DNA of 64,000 nucleotides from Chrysomallon squamiferum (lineage: Eukaryota; Animalia; Mollusca): contig CM022668.1 in the NCBI GenBank assembly GCA_012295275.1, positions 15,996,001 through 16,060,000 on the forward strand, written 5' to 3'. Shown in pieces: positions 42,793 through 62,282 of this stretch. The translations under genes and the position numbers were made by a program. Every line of letters starts with the position of its first letter. Position 1 is the first letter of the stretch. The notes beneath the pieces were generated by a model. That model did no database searches. It was given only the letters and a program-made list of their open reading frames with translations, and was not told the origin of the DNA.

Positions 42793-43115
42793 GACCTCCA
42801 CTGCCTAATCGATGTAGCACCAATGAGATGTGTCGCGGACCAGGAATCACCGGAGGCATCAGCGTCATCAACGGCAACGTCTACTGCTGTCGTAGTGGGC
42901 GCGGAATGACGATCGCGAGCATGTGGAATGGAAGAAGGGAGATAATCGAGTGTTACTGTGGCGCGCCGGTAACAGTAGTCGACGCGAACATATTCGGCTT
43001 TGACTTTGATCAAATGATGAGACAGCTAGACTGGAATTTCAACAGCATGTGGGGCAGTTTTAACAGAGCAATGCACGGACTGGGACAAAGTCTTAGAAAT
43101 ATGTTCATGTTTTAG
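42793..43115 (+). CDS. Terminal exon paralogous to 38468-38763 (six-Cys domain plus amphipathic tail); alternative last exon or separate paralog
   Basis: Acceptor ttttag|GA (phase 1). Encodes GPPLPNRCSTNEMCRGPGITGGISVINGNVYCCRSGRGMTIASMWNGRREIIECYCGAPVTVVDANIFGFDFDQMMRQLDWNFNSMWGSFNRAMHGLGQSLRNMFMF*. It has the same Cys spacing and ECYCGxxVTxxDxxIFG motif as the upstream gene, with AATAAA downstream. Confidence 0.85.
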
Positions 43116-44342
43116 ACCGTTACAGATTCCGTTTGAACTGTCGTCTGCAACAGAAAAAAAAAAAAAAAATAATAAAAAATAAATAATAATAATAATGATA
43201 AAAAATTCAGTTATGGCAGGATGCTGCCTTTCAGTCTGTAATGTAAACGTCGACTGCAATAAAATATTGTAACATAAAATTGTACAGTTATTTATTCAGA
43301 TAAATTTTTAACGAAATTTATTTCAAGCTTATATATATATTAAACAGGACCAGTAGATCTATCTACTTTTGGAACGGAATAGGGTTTTATTTTATCCTTC
43401 TTTTTCTTCTTGTTCTTTGCAATTGTTTTTTTTTATTTTTTTGTTGTTTGTTTTGTTTGTTGTTGTTTGTTTTGTTTGTTTTGTTTGTTGTTGTTTGTTT
43501 TGTTTGTTTTTGTTTGTTTGTTTTGGGGATAGTGGAGATTTGTGCCCTTATATTTGTTATTTTATTTTATTTTATTTTATTTTTCTACTTTTTATTCACA
43601 TTTCTGTTTCCATTCTTATCACAATGTATATATATTGTTTTTAAAAAAAACGAGAAACTAATTGTAAAAACACCAGAAGAATATTCAAATTAACACATCC
43701 AGGATAGATAATGAAGAAAAATAAAATAAAATAATAAAATAACAAATAACAAAATAAATAAAACATAAATAAATAAATGTTTCAATTTCCATTTAAGTGA
43801 TTTAAAGTGACTAAAGACCATTCTCCAGTATAATCAGATTATGCTTATAGACAAATTCATTTACGCTTAAATTGGACAGCACCAAGATAAAATAAAATCA
43901 GAACATAAAAATTGAAAATAATTATAGAAATAAACAAAAGTAAAAACTAAAAAAGCATTGTATTTTTCCAAAAATGTATAGGCTCTGTTTTCCTTGTTTA
44001 ATATTTAAATGAGTGACACGTTTTCATTAACTCCTATTAGGCAAGCGAATGGTTACTTGCAACAGTGAGAAGGGGGTAAAAATGGCTGATTTTACAGTTT
44101 TGTTTAGATAGTTTTAAATACTTTTTTATATTTCAATTGATAGGTAAGTAGAACAGTATAATCGGAGGAAAGTCTATTAAGATTGGTTCAGCTGAAGGGA
44201 GATAATTCCAGATATACAGATAGCTAGACTGGTTCGCTTTGACAACAGCAAACAAATAGCGGGAATTATAACAAAATGATTTCCGAAAGTAAATATTATA
44301 CATGTATTTAGAAAATATATAAAAATCGTTTCACCATTTCCG

Positions 44343-47117
44343 ATGTCGTTTTATCTAAAGCCAGTGACGGGCTTTATGTCACTGCACGAATTGGAAAAGA
44401 TCGCTGTTAAGCGACTTGCTTTTTTGTCGAAAGTTCACGGAGCTGGCGGGCAAGAGCTTCGTCTGCTGGACATAGTGAAAAACGAAGAATGTGTCCAGAA
44501 TTCTGATTGCCTAATCGCTGGTTCCCAGGAAGATAATATATCACACTTCATTCTGAGGTAGTAGTACATATTCATGATATTGTTAAACAGTGTCGCTATT
44601 CTTAATAATTATTATATACTAGTTGTAAAATCACAGCCTGTCTTACCTAATTATTAATTATTAAACGCATTTATGATTCAGTTTTATAATAATATATATA
44701 TATTTTCAAAACATAATATGATCATAATTTATTGTATAATGTAATATATACATTAGAGTAATTATGGCTTTATTAAAGTATAACAACATGGCTGATAGCA
44801 AATAATTGTTTATAATAATATTAATATTAATATTATGTAATCTTGAAGTTATCAAAGGTTTTATTCATATTCATTTTATTATAATTTAAAATTAACAAAT
44901 AATTTTTAATAAAAAATATAGGTCATTTATAATAATTTTCATTTGTTTTAACTCCAATCAGTATTTACTATAAAGTGTTTTTTTTATGTGATTGCTAATC
45001 ATATTTTCATACAAGAACCGCTGTATAAATTTTCAAATATAAAATTTTAAAAATCTGTTTTACTTTCAGATTGTTGCTTGGTGTTGATTTGGAAGCTCAG
45101 TCATTCTTTTTTGAAGCAGAAACTATTTTGTTTGCTTTTCGCTTTACATGCATGACAAGCACAGAAATTTATCATCTTTTAAAATCTGTTCAACGCAATT
45201 GTAAAGAAGCAAAAAAAGTTGAAGAAGATCTTTTCAATGAACAGAACACAAAACATTTACTTGCTGCATTTCTTAGTATCCAAGGTAACTGCAAATCATG
45301 GAAGTCTGTGATTAGAAAATACATGCAAGGTTGCCATGGAGATTATTTCACCCTGCCATTTCAAGCTGTGTTAAGCCTTGTTTCAAAAAGGGAAGTAATT
45401 CTGAAGAATGGTTTGGCTTACGTCCCTTTCTCAAAACTGAAAGAGGTTTTGGTTGAGCTGTTTAAAAAGTTGTTGACAGCCAGTGTTTGTGACAAGGAAG
45501 AATTAATTCAGACTCAAATCAGATCTGACGAAAGGATTCAAAGACTGTCATGCAAAGTGAAAGTATGTAAAATTCAAAATTTCTCAACTAGTTTCAAGTC
45601 TAATAAGTTTCCATATACCAGAATTGATAATACAGCAAAAAGGTTTGGTATATTTTTAAATTTAAATTCATTCAACTTCAAATCCTAAAATATTATTTCA
45701 AAAATTGAAAAATTAAATAACCTAACATTTAAAATCTTGTTAAATGTATACTAAAATTATTTGAGATGTTTTTAAATGCAAATTCATTCAATTTAAAGTC
45801 ACAATTTTTTTTTCAAATAACCTAATTTTAAAATTAATTAATATTATGATTTTTAAATAATAGATGCATGATGCTTAATAATTAAAAATTTATTGAAAAT
45901 TTTTCTTTGTTTTACTTTTAATATTCAAGCTAATAATTTTTTCTCTTTTTCAAATTTTATTTTTGTTCACTATAAAATAATTTCCATACTACTGTTTAAA
46001 TCTAATTAAAGAAATTCAGTTTTATTAGTATTTTTTTTAATTATTATTTTTTTAATTGTATTCATAATTCTGATTACAATTTATTGTATAATATAATTTT
46101 CAGGCTGTATTCAGAAGATTTTACCAGGACTCAGATTATCGTTCTATTCCTGCAGCTTTGTCTGTGGGTTGTGATAATATTCATAGACTGGTCCATCGTT
46201 TTCCTCCCTGTATGAAAAGTCTGCACCAAGTTTTAAAACAGAAACACAGACTTCACCACCACGACAGGGTACATTTCATTTTGTGTGTGTGTCTGTGTGT
46301 GTGTGTCAGTGTGTGTATATTAGTATCTGTCTGTCTGTGTGTGTGTGTGTGTGTATTACTATCTGTCTGTCTGTGTGTGTGTGTGTGTATTACTATCTGT
46401 CTGTGTGTGTGTCAGTGTGTGTGTATTACTATATGTCTGTCAGTGTGTGTGTATGTGTACATTACTATATATGTGTATATTTTTGTGTGTATATGTAAGA
46501 ATATGTGTCTGTGTACATTACTATACATACTAAATAGGCAGCTATATATATGCTCTTTCCTTCATTAATTTTGTTTTGTAAACAAATGAATAATATATAT
46601 ATACATGTATATATACTTATACATTTTATTGTTTGAGTATTATCATTATTTTGTTAGTGGTATAGATATCAGTGTTATTCTGTATGCTGTTAAAAATGGT
46701 TTTCCAGCATAATGAAAATTACAAAGTACATTTTATCTCTGTATAAAGTAACCACAAGTTATAAAGAAGACTATAATAAAATTTAAATATGTATATATAT
46801 ATATGTGTGTGTGTGTATGTATTTCCAGTTTTATTTGTTTTTAGATTCAGTACACACTCTTTCTTAAGGAGATAGGGATGCCACTGCAACAGGCATTAAT
46901 ATTCTGGAGTGAAGAATATTCCCAGGCATCTTCAGCGCCAAACGGTTGCCATCACAACTGGAAGAAAGAGGAGAAGAGATATGTTTACAACATCAGACAT
47001 CTGTACGGACTTGAGGGGTCGAGAAGAAACTATGTCAGCCACTGCTGCTCAGCTCTTCAGGTTTCACATTGGTTTATATAAAATATGAATTTACACCATA
47101 TGTACCCATCACACACA

Positions 47118-47165
<48 letters not shown>

Positions 47166-49100
47166 CAAATAGAGTAAATTCGTTATGTATACTTTCGTGT
47201 TATTTTGTTTTGCAGTCTGAATCTAAAAAATAAAACAACAGGTTTGCGAATGTGTAATAAATAAAGTCAAAGTACATTTCATTTACGTAATTGAAATTTA
47301 TAATTTTTTAAACAGTCTTTGTCGGTTTTTTTTTTTTTTTTTACATTTTCAGCCGTGCAAAAATTTCATCACTTCATCTGTTAAATATTAATGTATTTAT
47401 TTAGTTATTTATTTATTACAATTTCAGAAGAGACTGCTTAGTGCCAGAGAGGATGGGGGGTGTCCTTTTGTTCACTTTGATAACTGTCACCTGGAGAGAT
47501 TTTTGTCGGCTAACAAAGTTAAAGAAACACGTCAGAAACAAATCTTCAACCTCAGGTCAGAAGGAAATGCAACAGAATGCTGTAAGATATTTCTGTACTG
47601 TCAGGTGAATTCTGGATGTCATTCAAAACCAGATTCTAGTGACTGTGCTACTACTAATGAGCTGGTTACAGAGTTAGGCATTAGAGAGAGTAAAAGAGAT
47701 TTGGTTACAAAATCAGCCACTGGTGATAATAGTATTGATTTGGTTACAAAGTCAAACACCAGTGATATGGTTACAAAAACTGTTACCAGTGGTGATACCT
47801 GTGAATTGGTTACAAGAAAAGTTAAAAATAACAACAGTGACTTGGTTACCATGCCAGTTTCAAGTAATGAAACTACAAAGACAGTTTTAAGAAATGATGC
47901 TGATTATTTTGCTAACAAGCCTGTTACAGTTTCAAATAATATTGATATAAAGTCAGTTACAGATAAGTGTTTGGTTTCAAAGACATTCAGAAGTAATAAA
48001 AACACCTGTCATTTGGTTACAAATGCACACAACATGGTTACAAATCCAGCAAGAACTGATAACATCAGCGATTTTGTTCCCAGGTTGGTTACAAACCGCA
48101 GTCTAAGTCCTGAGAACGAGACTGACTTTTACTTCAGTGAACGAAGAGATCGGAAAAGGAAAAAAGCCTCCAGCATTTCTTTTAGCAAATCACGGAGACG
48201 TACGTCTGTGTGTAAACACAACAGTGTTTCTGGTTGTGAGTGTTTGGAGAAAAGTGAGGACTCAGCAGAATCCTCCTTCACAAACTTTACATCTAAAGCT
48301 TGTGAGCTGGGATGTGGTGTTCATTACACAGCTTGTAGAAATCCCTCAGTGAACCGTGTTCCTGACATCAGTGGATGTGGTGTTCATTACACAGCTTGTA
48401 GAAATCCCTCGGTGAACCGTGTTCCTGACATCAGTGGATGTGGTGTTCATTACACAGCTTGTAGAAATCCCTCGGTGAACCGTGTTCCTGACATCAGTGG
48501 ATGTGGTGTTCATTACACAGCTTGAAAATCCCTCGGTGAACCGTGTTCCTGACATCAGTGGATGTGGTGTTCATTACACAGCTTGTAGAAATCCCTCGGT
48601 GAACCGTGTTCCTGACATCAGTGGATGTGGTGGACAGAACAAGATGTTTAATTCATGTGTTAACGATGACTGCATGCTGCATGGTATTGAACACAATCCT
48701 TCTGAGATCCATTGTCTTCAAGATAAAGTATTTTGTAGCATTCAGGATGATCGTTCCGTGTTTTGTGGTATTCAGAATGATGATTCTGTGGTTCATGGTG
48801 TTCAGAATGATGATTCTGTGGTTCATGGTGTTCAGAATGATGGTTCTGTGGTTCATGGTGTTCAGAATGATGATTCTGTGGTTCAAAATGATTCTGTTCA
48901 GTGATTCTGTGGTTCATCTCATGGTATTTCAAAACAAAAACGTTGAGACTTCATCTCAGATTGCAAAAACGTCAGAGAAAGGTTTAGAAGAAAATGACAG
49001 TGTGGTGTTTAGAGACAAACCTGACATCCACAAACCAGTCGACTATTACTTAAGTTTTTGCAAGCTGATGGAAGGATTAACCACTTCTGGTGTTAAATAA
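44343..49100 (+). CDS. DNA primase large subunit (PRIM2/p58)-like protein, divergent, with a long repetitive insertion in the last exon and two apparent frameshifts
   Basis: Exons 44343-44557, 45070-45562, 46104-46268, 46845-47060 and 47428-49100. PRIM2 motifs: FYLKP, DNISHFILRL, FRF, LPF...LKNGLAYVP, FPPCM, RIQYTLFLKEIG, YVYNIRHLYGLEG, SHCCSALQ, GGCPF, ECCKIF, and a terminal HKPVDYY resembling NHPNQFF. The frame breaks at about 48523 and about 48900. Confidence 0.88.
48310..48632 (+). repeat. Coding tandem repeat, 63-bp unit, 5 copies plus a partial copy (GCGVHYTACRNPSVNRVPDIS)
   Basis: Near-identical units start at 48310, 48373, 48436, 48499 and 48560. The fourth unit is 2 bp short (cttgaaaatc versus cttgtagaaatc). 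Confidence 0.93.
48735..48920 (+). repeat. Coding tandem repeat, 30-bp unit (VHGVQNDDSV), about 5 copies
   Basis: Repeated gttcatggtgttcagaatgatgattctgtg. Confidence 0.88.
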
Positions 49101-49206
49101 TAAAATTATTAATATGTTTTTTTGTATTTTGTGTTTATCTATTTATTCATAATTGATGTAGTTAAAAAATGGATTGATTTCATAAATTCTTTTTTATATA
49201 TAATAT

Positions 49207-49260
<54 letters not shown>

Positions 49261-49333
49261 TATTATTAATATTATCATTATTATTTTTATTATTATTATT
49301 ATTGTTATTATTGTTATTATTATTATTTTATTA

Positions 49334-49388
<55 letters not shown>

Positions 49389-49632
49389 TTATTATTATTG
49401 TTATTATTATTATTATTATTACAAAAACCCTTTCGACCTCCCTTTATTCCCTTCTCTGTATTTTAAAAAGTTAAACCAACCAGTGTCGCTCAGTTTGTTG
49501 ACGGGATCAAGGTTTTCACTAGAAATAATATTTGAGAAAAGAAGTCGTGTTTTCTTCAGCGTTTCAAAATCACGTTCGTCTTTCTGTCAACATCCAACGA
49601 GTTTTAGAATTCACTCTACACGAGACTGCACC

Positions 49633-49859
49633 ATGTCACTCCACAAAATAACAACTGTGATGTTACTGGTTGGTTTTAGACTTTATTCTTGCTTAATAGT
49701 TACAGATGACCATTTTACTGAACTGGAAACGAACGTTCAGTCTTTGAAACAGAAGACGTCGGCTTTGGAAGACACCAATACCGTATTGCGACAAGAAATT
49801 ATAGAACTGAAACGAAAGATTCCTCTATTACAAGGTATTATTATTATTATTATTATTAT

Positions 49860-49894
<35 letters not shown>

Positions 49895-50771
49895 TTTTAA
49901 ACTAATTAACTGTAAATGATGAATCTAAAACGAAAGACTTCTATATCATAAGGCAACATGTCATGAAGTATCAACATTATTCAAATATAGTTAAAGTATT
50001 TTTCTTGGATATTCATTTGAGTTGACTGTTGTGTCAGAGTTTGTAAATGTTTCATGTTAAAATTCATGAACACTTTGCTTAACTTGTACGAAAAACGTAT
50101 TTATTTATTTATATATATATTTTTTTTATTATGATTATTTTTTTTTTAAATTATTATTTATTTAGTTCATTATTAAAAAGTTTTAAACTAATTAATTATT
50201 ATAATTATTCCTTTTTATCTATATATTTATTCTGCTTCATTTGTGGGTTTTTTTTGTACGTATAAATGAAATTTCATATTTCTTAGTGTCATGGTCACCT
50301 TCACCGCATTGTGCGCGTGTTTGTCTAAACTTCGTTTATTTATTTTTTTATTTTCAAACAGGTAAACATCGACCTGTCGTTTTCACAGCACAGTTTTCAC
50401 AGGCCTCTGTCGACAATCTGGCGCGACGTGACACTCTCCGCTTCGACAACGTCCTCATCAACGTGGGCAACGGCTACAATCCGGGGTCCGGTGTATTCCG
50501 GGCCCCGCTGTCCGGGGTTTATCAGTTTCTGCTGCAGACGGTCAGCAAACCCCGCCAGTTCCTCGCGCTGGAGATTCTCAAACAGGGCGTGGTCGTGTCG
50601 GAAGCTTTCACCTACCAAGGCGTCGATTCCGACTGGGGGGATATTGGATTCTGCGCAGTGATTCTCGAGTTGGATGTCGGTGATGACGTCTACGTGCGGA
50701 ATCGACTTGAAAATGGCGGACTTTACGGCCTTCATTGGACTCAGTTCTCTGGCGTTTTGCTGCATTCGTGA
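49633..50771 (+). CDS. C1q-domain-containing protein (signal peptide, coiled coil, globular C1q), about 203 aa
   Basis: Exon 1 at 49633-49834 (MSLHKITTVMLLVGFRLYSC... with heptads LETNVQSLKQKTSALEDTNTVLRQEIIELK), then a phase-1 intron, then exon 2 at 50362-50771. gC1q motifs: VVFTA, LRFDNVLINVGNGYNPGSGVFRAPLSGVYQF, VILELDVGDDVYV, QFSGVLL. Confidence 0.93.
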
Positions 50772-51019
50772 TCCCCCACCACCCCCAACCCCAACCCCCT
50801 AGACGTTTCTGCGTCAAACAGAACTGATATACGCTGACATAGTAACAGAACTCGATAGTTGAAAGTTGTATTTTTTATTACCTTTTATTTTTATTTTTTT
50901 CAATAAACAAATTAATGGTTGCTAATCTGTTATCATTATCATCATCATCATATTCATAATCATAATCAGCATGATTATCATCGTCATCGTCATCATCATC
51001 ATCATCATCATTATTATCA

Positions 51020-51121
<102 letters not shown>

Positions 51122-51917
51122 GGTGATGATGATCAAAAATTCAAAATAACGTGTTTTATTTAATAAGTGCCAACATAAGTCTATAATCTGAGATCAATTT
51201 AACAAAAAAATTCTGAACCGAAATAGTTTTTATATTTTTAAAACGAAATAAATTTATAAGCACAAGAAACAATATATAGCGAAATTTCACTACATATTGT
51301 TTCGATTGTTTACCGTAAATTATTGACGATACACTGTCTTTAATTAAAACAAATCAACAGAAAAAAAAAAGAAGTAAAAAACAACACAACAAGACAGAAA
51401 ACATAACAGTCGTTAAGGTGCGTTCACACTATTCGATAAATCGGATCAACATTTCGTTTGCCATTAACGAATTTTGGCCGAATTATTCCGATTATTTTTA
51501 AATATTAGGCCTACAAATAATATAGTGAGAATGGCCTTTCGTCTTCACAAATGTATTTATTTTTGTAAAGAATAAATACACAACGTAACAGAATACTATA
51601 CATCTGACACACTATCGAGATTCCTAGCTATACTGACGTTACTTAAAATAGCTTAACTAGCAACAGTTTAATAATGCTTGACTAAAGTCACAAACCGAGG
51701 CGAAATCAAAATATGTCTGTAATAATAATTCTCAGTGTAAACCAAACTTAGCAGGGCTTTTTTGTTGTTTATTTTTCTTTTCTTCGTAATTGTTATTATT
51801 ATTATTATTATTAGTAGTAGTAGTAGTAGTAGTAGTAATAGTAGTAGTTGCTTCTACTATTACTAATGTTATTACTACTGCTGCTACTACCACATTTAGT
51901 ATTATTCTTACTGTTAG

Positions 51918-51949
<32 letters not shown>

Positions 51950-52717
51950 ATTTACTGTCATTGTTGATCTCGTTTTCTGCAATTACAAAGGTTCTTCCAT
52001 TACACGTGAATTTGTTCAAAATAATTAAATCTCCTTAATAATTAGTTAGATATAATTATCATTAAGCAAATCAAGCAAGAGTACGATTTCGAATATTAAC
52101 ATTATGTTTGATGGTTTCATGTTGGTTTGAACAACAGCAGACATTTACAAGACGCAGTGTATGAGTTTGATAATTTAATAAAATTAATTAAAATAGATTT
52201 GATAACTGAAATCCTTTATTATGTGAAAACAAAGTTAAACACCAATTTCTTCTCTGATTCCAGTCCCTCATGTAAATTCCAGGAAATGAAATGAATGAAT
52301 GTAAATTGTTTACATTTGTTCTTACCTGGGACTATTTTAAATATGCGCAATAAACAAGAATAAATAGGCAGGTAAGAAATTCTCTTTGACTTTAAGCCGC
52401 CAGCATCAGATGACAGTAAATAAAATGTACAGCTGTATAACTTCTTTTTCCCATATTTCATTAATGCAAAAAAATAATAAAAAAAAAAAAAAAACAACAA
52501 CAAAAAACAAACAATTAAAATAATATGCTAATTATTACATTCAAACTTATTATTAATGTTAGGTATATAATTTAATGTTATATAATATATATTGCTGTGC
52601 GTGTGTATGTGTGTATGTCTCTATGTGTGTTTGTGTTTGTATGTGTTCATATGCCAATGGTCATAACATACGAACAGGACTTGGGAAACATACAACTTTT
52701 AGGTTTCTTTATGATTT

Positions 52718-52930
52718 TTGTCTGATATGACGTCACATAAAACAGTTTGTCCTGATATGACGTTCCATGAAGCACTTCTGTTCTGATATGACGTGACAGG
52801 AAACAGTTTGTCTTGGTATGACGTCACTGGAAACATTTTGTCTTGATATGACGTCAAATGAAAGACTTTGTCCAAATATGACATCACGCGAAATTGAATA
52901 TTTTGTCATGATAATACGTCACATGAAATA
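52718..52930. repeat. Degenerate about 30-bp tandem repeat containing TGACGTCA-like cores
   Basis: Units of the form tgatatgacgtcac(a/t)(t/g)gaaacagtttgtc, about 6-7 copies, downstream of the GPCR stop codon. Confidence 0.8.
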
Positions 52931-53116
52931 CTCCTTAGTTCTGAGAAATATTCAGAAATAAACTCATATGAAGACAATTATCGTCTTTTCCCGGTCACCT
53001 TTTTTTTTTTTAGATTAATTCTGAAACTGATAGATTACGTCATGTTGACTTTTAAAAAAAATTAAAATAAAACAAAAATAGTATGACGTCATATAAAGTT
53101 ATTGTTAGATATATAT

Positions 53117-61715
<8,599 letters not shown>

Positions 61716-61979
61716 CTGCAACAAATATTTTAAGTTAAACAAATAATAACGAGATAGCTTGTACCCAATATGTGTCGTACCCAATACGTGTCGTATCGAA
61801 TACAACATAATGTAAGTCATGTGTATAATGACCGAGAAAGGAATATTATTGTAACTGGCGATAACTCTTTGTTAATGATAAAGTTTGACTAAAATAACAA
61901 GTGTATTGAGAGTCGTTTCATATGTAGATAAGTAAATAAAATTCTCAATTTATCTGCCATTTACATAAAATGACGATGA

Positions 61980-62019
<40 letters not shown>

Positions 62020-62282
62020 CCCTCTTAATTAATAATTTAATATATATATATATATACATACACATACACACAGACATACACAGATATACACGAACAAATT
62101 ATATTAACAAGATGTACACACACACACACATACACACACACATGCACACATATATATATATATATGCTTGCATGTATTTATATGTATATATGTACGTATA
62201 TAACTCCGTATCTATGTAACATAGGCATATACTGGTGTTTGTAAATGTTTGTGTGTGTTTGTACGTACACTAATACAGCATG

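Noticed and set aside
49122-49466. Leu/Tyr-rich ORF resembling a membrane protein (similar ones at 19480, 25424, 36981, 39733, 43369)
   Set aside because: These derive from (ATT)n, (TTTA)n and (GTTT)n microsatellites.
50397-50817. Antisense and alternative-frame ORFs over the C1q exon
   Set aside because: Shadow ORFs caused by the GC-rich coding exon, with no independent motifs.
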